The notes under the pieces: model-generated
What the model saw: only the letters and a program-made list of their open reading frames with translations
Told to the model about the DNA's origin: nothing
The model's database searches: none
Source: Marispirochaeta sp.
GTDB lineage: Bacteria; Spirochaetota; Spirochaetia; JC444; Marispirochaetaceae
Length of the DNA: 64,000 nt
Reading direction: 5' to 3'
NCBI GenBank assembly: GCA_963676835.2
Contig: CAXXFF010000003.1
Span: 576,001-640,000 of the forward strand
Made by a program: the position numbers and the translations under genes
Shown: piece by piece, positions 58,630 through 64,000 of the stretch
How the letters are laid out: each line of letters starts with the position of its first letter
Numbering within the stretch: the first letter of the stretch is position 1

Positions 58630-58769
58630 AAACTGACTGTACACAACAAAAACAGTGCTTTCAAGGCGGGATAAAATATAAACTTTTTACGTAATAAATA
58701 TTGCCATTAATCATTTATTCGTATATTTTCTATCTATCACTACGTTTTTCGTACTGCATGGAGGAATAT

Positions 58770-59879
58770 ATGATCATAGGCTGCCCCAAAGAGATTAAAA
58801 AACACGAATATCGTGTCGGGCTTACTCCCCACTGCGTTAAGGGATATATAAACAGAGGACACCGGGTTCTGGTGGAAAAAGGTGCCGGTGAAGGATCGGG
58901 ATTTGAAGATGAAGAATACGCCAATGCCGGAGCCATTCTGGTGGACGGAGCGAAAGAAGCATGGGATGCGGACATGGTGGTAAAGGTAAAGGAACCGCTT
59001 CCCGAAGAATACGGCTTTTTCCGCAAAGACCTGATTCTCTACACCTACCTGCACCTTGCAGCAGCAGAAGACCTGACCAAGGCGCTTCTTTCCACTAAGG
59101 TAAAAGCCCTTGCCTATGAGACAATTCAGACCGACAGTGGGCACCTGCCCTGCCTTACTCCCATGAGTGAAATAGCAGGGCGGCTGAGTGTCCAGGAAGG
59201 AGCCAAGTACCTGGAGCGGACCTTCGGCGGACGGGGCATACTTCTGGGAGGCGTTCCCGGTGTTGAACGGGGCAAAATCGCCATTCTCGGCGGCGGAGTT
59301 GTTGGACTGAATGCCCTTAAAGTAGCTGTCGGAATTGGTGCGGAGGTAACTATTCTTGATATAAACACCGCCCGCCTGGCCTACCTGGATGATATTTTTC
59401 AGGGAAGGATAACCACTCTGGTGAGCAACGAACGGAATATCGAAAAGATTGCCAGAGAAAGCGATCTGATAATCGGTGCAGTGCTTATCCCCGGAGCAAA
59501 GGCGCCCCGGCTTATCCGCAAGGAGCACCTGGGAATGATGAAGAAAGGTGCAGTACTGGTGGATGTTGCCGTAGACCAGGGAGGCTGTTTTGAAACCACC
59601 CATGCAACCTACCACGATGACCCTGTCTACACAGTGGACAATGTAATTCACTACTGCGTAGCCAACATGCCCGGTGCGGTAGCACGGACTTCAACCATTG
59701 CCCTTACCAACGCAACCCTGATAAACGGTCTGAACCTTGCAGATATGGGTGTGGAGGAAGCCTGCCGTCAGTCGGAGACTCTGCGCAGAGGGCTTAACAT
59801 CTACGATGGAAAGTGTACCTACCGCGGTGTTGCAGAAGCATTTGATATCCCCTACACTCCGCCTGAGCAGGTGATATAA
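58770..59879 (+). CDS. ald: Alanine dehydrogenase
   Basis: PKEIK..EYRV, KVKEP, YLHLAA, PMSEIAGR, DQGGC and YCVANMPGAV. Confidence 0.96.
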   Translation: MIIGCPKEIKKHEYRVGLTPHCVKGYINRGHRVLVEKGAGEGSGFEDEEYANAGAILVDGAKEAWDADMVVKVKEPLPEEYGFFRKDLILYTYLHLAAAEDLTKALLSTKVKALAYETIQTDSGHLPCLTPMSEIAGRLSVQEGAKYLERTFGGRGILLGGVPGVERGKIAILGGGVVGLNALKVAVGIGAEVTILDINTARLAYLDDIFQGRITTLVSNERNIEKIARESDLIIGAVLIPGAKAPRLIRKEHLGMMKKGAVLVDVAVDQGGCFETTHATYHDDPVYTVDNVIHYCVANMPGAVARTSTIALTNATLINGLNLADMGVEEACRQSETLRRGLNIYDGKCTYRGVAEAFDIPYTPPEQVI

Positions 59880-59910
59880 GCAAGTCGGGCATTCGAGTTG
59901 CAGAGGTGAT

Positions 59911-60354
59911 ATGAAACGTATAGAACTGGATGATCTGGACAGTAAAATTGTTGCCCGCCTGAGGGTGGAAAACATTAACAACAGCGCCCTGGCTGAAGAG
60001 TTAGGGCTGTCTGAAGGTACGATCCGTCAGCGGATTAAGCGGCTGAAGGATTCGGGTGTCCTGAAAATCCGGGCGGTAATTAATCCTGACAGCCTTGTGC
60101 GGCAGCAGCTGGCCATGGTGGCGGTTAACGTCACCGAGTCCCGGCAGCTGGATGCCAAGGCTCAGGAGATTGCCGATCTTGCAAACGTACTCTCCGTATC
60201 TATCACCTCAGGACAGTACGACCTGATGGTTGAAGTTCTGGTGGACTCAAACCACGGCCTGGTGGAGTTTCTTACCGAAGATCTGGCTGCCATAAACGGT
60301 ATTGCCCGTACCGAAAGCTTTCTTATGCTGAAAAATTACCATAAGTACGTCTAA
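59911..60354 (+). CDS. Lrp/AsnC-family regulator (AldR-like context)
   Basis: LDDLDSKI...LAEELGLSEGTIRQRIKRL and ITSGQYDL. Adjacent to ald. Confidence 0.92.
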   Translation: MKRIELDDLDSKIVARLRVENINNSALAEELGLSEGTIRQRIKRLKDSGVLKIRAVINPDSLVRQQLAMVAVNVTESRQLDAKAQEIADLANVLSVSITSGQYDLMVEVLVDSNHGLVEFLTEDLAAINGIARTESFLMLKNYHKYV

Positions 60355-60457
60355 AATCCAGACACTCTATAACCCTGAAACTTTAAAAGATAGGTGACTG
60401 AATAAATCATAGTTTCGCTTTTCAGCAAATCCATATTATAATGCTGGCTGCAGAACT

Positions 60458-61558
60458 ATGATTAATAATGCCATACATCAATACCTGTACTTCATGGTCT
60501 TCGTCCTGTTTACTTTTATAGGGATTCAGCAGCTGACTTTCAGAAAAAAGCTGCAGCTGAACTATTTTCTTGCCATACTCTTCTGGGCCGGCGCATACAA
60601 TATGCTCTATTTCTGGGCTTACGATTTTGGTATTCAGGAGAAAATTCCCCTTCTGATAAATAGCGAAATTGTTGTCTCATTTCTGGTTGGGCCCTGCTTG
60701 TATCTATACTTTTCAGCCCTGATGGGCCGAAATGATATTCCCGGTAGAATACTTCTTCTTCATGGCCTGCCTTTTCTTGTTTCCCTGATATTGCTGGCAG
60801 GCATGAATCTGTTTTACCCGGCGCTGAATGCGACCTTCGGAGTTGCTTTCCGACCGGCACCGGATTACTCCTATAACACAACAGTATTTATTGTTAATAC
60901 CCTTTGCGACCTCTCCATTGCGCTCTACTTTCTGGCTGCCTTAATCAGGACGGTTTTGCTGTTTAAAGGACGTAAAGTTACCGTCCGTACAATGCTCATT
61001 ATTATCTATCTGGTATCATTCAGCTTGTCAGCAATTATGATGCTAATTGCCAATTTTACAAGAAACACAGCACTTCTGCAGATCAGCTTTGTGTTTATAA
61101 GTGCTATTGCCACAAGCTTCATTATTTTTTCTTTCCGTAATCCCGACTATGCAATTAAAGTAATCAGCGAAACCCGGGGAATACGGAAAAGTAAAGCCCT
61201 GGACAAAATTGATGATATTGAGGAAAGAAGTGCATCCATTACCAGGCTGATGCGGGAAAAAACTTTCTACCGTCAGCCGGACATTACTCTTCCCGGTTTG
61301 AGTAAACAACTTACGATAAAACCCCACGAGCTCTCATACATCCTGAACAATGTTTTGATGATGAACTTCAACTCCTACATCAACTCATTTCGTATTGAGG
61401 AAGCCAAGTCTCTGCTTTTGCAGCAGGACAAGATGAATGTTACCGAGATTGCCTTTCATGTAGGGTTTAACTCAACTTCTTCTTTTTACCGCTCCTTTGT
61501 AAAGGAGACAGGAGTCCCGCCAAAAGAGTTTATGAGAGGCGGGACCGGGCCTGCATGA
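60458..61558 (+). CDS. Membrane-anchored AraC-family regulator
   Basis: About 7 N-terminal TM helices, then LSYILN...NFNSYINSFRIEEAK...IAFHVGFNSTSSFYRSF. Confidence 0.88.
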   Translation: MINNAIHQYLYFMVFVLFTFIGIQQLTFRKKLQLNYFLAILFWAGAYNMLYFWAYDFGIQEKIPLLINSEIVVSFLVGPCLYLYFSALMGRNDIPGRILLLHGLPFLVSLILLAGMNLFYPALNATFGVAFRPAPDYSYNTTVFIVNTLCDLSIALYFLAALIRTVLLFKGRKVTVRTMLIIIYLVSFSLSAIMMLIANFTRNTALLQISFVFISAIATSFIIFSFRNPDYAIKVISETRGIRKSKALDKIDDIEERSASITRLMREKTFYRQPDITLPGLSKQLTIKPHELSYILNNVLMMNFNSYINSFRIEEAKSLLLQQDKMNVTEIAFHVGFNSTSSFYRSFVKETGVPPKEFMRGGTGPA

Positions 61559-62803
61559 TTACTTTGAATAAAGATAGGCTGCTCCGGCGTTGGTACCCTT
61601 CTCGTCTTCATAGCTTGCTCCCACGATAATTGCATCATCGGATATCGCAAGGGACGTCCCGTACCAGTCAGAATCAGCCCGGTCTGACGCCGTCAATTTC
61701 TTTGTCAGAGTCCAGTCACCGGATTCGGTTTGCCTCGTAAAGATATACGCCGAACCGGATCCGTTGGTGTCTCCAGTGGCACCGATAACTGCCGTATTTC
61801 CGGATATGGCAACAGAAGACCCAAAAGAATGTCCACCACCCGCATCATCGGCAAACAACTGCTGCGTCTGGCTCCAGACACCTGTATCACTGTTTCGGGT
61901 GAAAATGTAAGCCGCACCTATTTCTCTCAGATTTTCGTCCATGTAATACTTCGCACCTGCAATAGCGGTATCACCGGAGATGCAGACAGACTCGCCGAAA
62001 TAATCCCCGGTTCCACCGTCTGAAGCGGTCAGTATTGCAGTCTGGGACCAATGGGGATCTGCGGCTGAATTGTAGGTAAAGATGTAGGCCTTACCTGTTT
62101 CAGAGGTATCTCCATAGGCCCCGATAATAGCTGTTTCTCCATCCACAGAGACAGATGAACCGAACAGATTTCCTGAAGAACCGTCTGATGCTGTTACTTT
62201 TTGTTCCTCTTCACCTTCATAAAAATAGGCCGCCCCTTCATTGGTGCTATCACCGGGAGCCCCGATAAGACAACAAGAGAATCCTTCCAGTGAAACAGCA
62301 TAGCCGTAGCGAGCACTTGCTGCTGCATTATCGGGGTATTGTTTTTCCGATGAAAGTACCCAGGTGTTATTTATGTTTGCAGCTGCATACACTGTACCTG
62401 CGTTGCTGCCATTATCATCATTACCATAGGCACCGATAATGGCTATATTGCCGGAAACAGAAACTGCACAGCCAAAGTAATCACCCGCGGCTCCATCAGT
62501 GGGGACCAGTTTTGTTAACTGAGTCGCTGAGCCGCCGCTTGTGGAATAAATATAGGCTGAACCGGAGCTACTGCCCTTATCATCATTACCTTCTGCGCCA
62601 ACAATAAAGGTTTCTCCGGATAAAGAAAGTACACGACCGAAGCCGTCGGAAGCTGCACCGTCATCGGCGAGTACCTTATTTTCTATAGCATCGTCCCAGG
62701 TTGTGTCGCCTGTTGTGTCTCCCGAACCGCTTCCTCCAGCCCCGGTATCTCCGCAGGAAAAAATCAATACAAGAATAAATACTACTATTGGTATCTGTTT
62801 CAT
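61559..62803 (-). CDS. FG-GAP repeat (beta-propeller) lipoprotein
   Basis: LIFSC lipobox and seven repeats of A.DG...D.FG.SV.ISG.T.IIGA.....G.AYIF. Confidence 0.88.
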   Translation of the reverse strand: MKQIPIVVFILVLIFSCGDTGAGGSGSGDTTGDTTWDDAIENKVLADDGAASDGFGRVLSLSGETFIVGAEGNDDKGSSSGSAYIYSTSGGSATQLTKLVPTDGAAGDYFGCAVSVSGNIAIIGAYGNDDNGSNAGTVYAAANINNTWVLSSEKQYPDNAAASARYGYAVSLEGFSCCLIGAPGDSTNEGAAYFYEGEEEQKVTASDGSSGNLFGSSVSVDGETAIIGAYGDTSETGKAYIFTYNSAADPHWSQTAILTASDGGTGDYFGESVCISGDTAIAGAKYYMDENLREIGAAYIFTRNSDTGVWSQTQQLFADDAGGGHSFGSSVAISGNTAVIGATGDTNGSGSAYIFTRQTESGDWTLTKKLTASDRADSDWYGTSLAISDDAIIVGASYEDEKGTNAGAAYLYSK

Positions 62804-62939
62804 ACATTCACTCCCTTACTTACTGTTTTTCAGTTTTTCACCAAAATTGTAGCCGTGTCCGGGATACAACTCTTCCTGATTTATAATCTGGGAATAAATT
62901 TGTAAGTAAAGACAGTTTCTTGATGTAAGACACTGAATC

Positions 62940-64000
62940 TTACTTTGTGTATATATAGGCTGCCCCGTTCCAGGAATCTGTATATGAACCAACAATGACC
63001 GAATCACCGGAAAGGGCAACGGAATTGATGCAAAATCCACCACTGGTCCAATGGCCGGGGAGCTTTCTGATCTGGGACCATTCCCCTGTACCAGAATTGC
63101 CGGTAAAGATATAGGCCGAACCGTAGCTGCCGTTCAGAGCATACATTCCTATTACAGCAGTACTGCCATCAATTGCCACGGAATATCCAAAATGATCCCC
63201 CCCGCTACCATCCAAAGCGGTCAGTTTCTCTTTCTCAAGCCATTCTTCACTTGCCGAATCATATGTGAATATGTATGCAGAACCGGAAGAATCTCCTTTA
63301 TCATCATCAGAATCAGATCCAACAATGGCAGTCAGCCCGGATATACCGACTGAGACCCCGAAACGATCATATTGTTCGGCATCTGATGCTGTTAGTTTTG
63401 CCACCTGTGACCAAAGGCCGGTATCTGTATTATAGGAAAAGATATAGGAAGCACCAGACGCACTCCCGCTATCATCATCATACCAGGATCCGATAAGAGC
63501 TATATCCCCATCTATTGCTACAGAACAGCCAAATCCATCCCCTGCAGCTTCATCTCCAGAGTGAAGTTTCGCAGTCTGGCTCCAGTTTCCATTTGTCGGA
63601 TTATATTCAAAGATATAGACAGAGCCAGAACCGGCCCCTTTATCATCATCACCAGGCGCGCCAATGATGGCTCTATTCCCGGAAAGAGAAACTGAAGAGC
63701 CGAAAGCATCATCTGAAGCGCCATCTCCCGGAGTTATTTTTTGCGGGAGCAACCCGCCATAAATATAAACCGAGCCCGAATCTTCACCCATGTCATCTTC
63801 CCCTTGTGCGCCGACTATTACCCAATCATCACAAATTGATACCGCTCCACCGTATGAATCGTCTTCTGCACCATCACCAGCATAGAGTTTAGAAATCTGC
63901 GACCAACTGGTGCCATTCCTCGAAAAAATATAAGCCGCGCCTGAATCATTTACATTGCCATCTCCATCTCTGGCCCCGATAACAGCTCTATCCCCTGAAA
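62940..64000 (-). CDS. FG-GAP repeat protein (5'-partial)
   Basis: Same repeat type. The frame stays open past the track start (63791) to the window edge. Confidence 0.85.
   Translation of the reverse strand, partial: SGDRAVIGARDGDGNVNDSGAAYIFSRNGTSWSQISKLYAGDGAEDDSYGGAVSICDDWVIVGAQGEDDMGEDSGSVYIYGGLLPQKITPGDGASDDAFGSSVSLSGNRAIIGAPGDDDKGAGSGSVYIFEYNPTNGNWSQTAKLHSGDEAAGDGFGCSVAIDGDIALIGSWYDDDSGSASGASYIFSYNTDTGLWSQVAKLTASDAEQYDRFGVSVGISGLTAIVGSDSDDDKGDSSGSAYIFTYDSASEEWLEKEKLTALDGSGGDHFGYSVAIDGSTAVIGMYALNGSYGSAYIFTGNSGTGEWSQIRKLPGHWTSGGFCINSVALSGDSVIVGSYTDSWNGAAYIYTK

Noticed and set aside
61559..64000. Periodic repeats suggesting CRISPR or tandem DNA arrays
   Set aside because: Degenerate protein-level FG-GAP repeats; no identical direct repeats with spacers and no cas genes.

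Overview
This is a gene-dense bacterial window, probably from a free-living Spirochaetota member (inferred from 'FAxGxxE'-type binding-protein signal peptides and an FlgD-Ig/OmpA lipoprotein). I found no rRNA, tRNA, CRISPR array or IS element. Layout: (1) 1-8006: c-di-GMP enzymes and envelope proteins. (2) 8052-12640, minus strand, the most interesting locus: MarR, an ArsM-like As(III) methyltransferase, an unannotated 35-aa Cys-containing peptide gene missing from the ORF track (11333-11440, MKKKMLSLVKKNPSSGQAVAQCCAKTSKVVAGCHD), a strong hairpin, a radical SAM/SPASM maturase, a thioredoxin-thioredoxin reductase fusion and a DUF1847-like protein. This is a candidate arsenic/metalloid-linked RiPP system. 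(3) A VapBC-type toxin-antitoxin pair. (4) A DeoR-controlled aldolase/dehydrogenase/kinase operon. (5) A sigma54-driven MacAB-TolC-type efflux operon with its own two-component system. (6) 25386-58629: a large catabolic region for unidentified sugars or sugar acids, with ABC and TRAP transporters, two cyclase-family hydrolases, DhaKL, several aldolase/transaldolase-fold enzymes and an acylating aldehyde dehydrogenase plus ADP-forming CoA ligase; three of its promoter regions share a palindromic operator. (7) ald with an Lrp regulator, a membrane AraC regulator and FG-GAP repeat proteins. All calls come from motif reading by eye; no searches were run.
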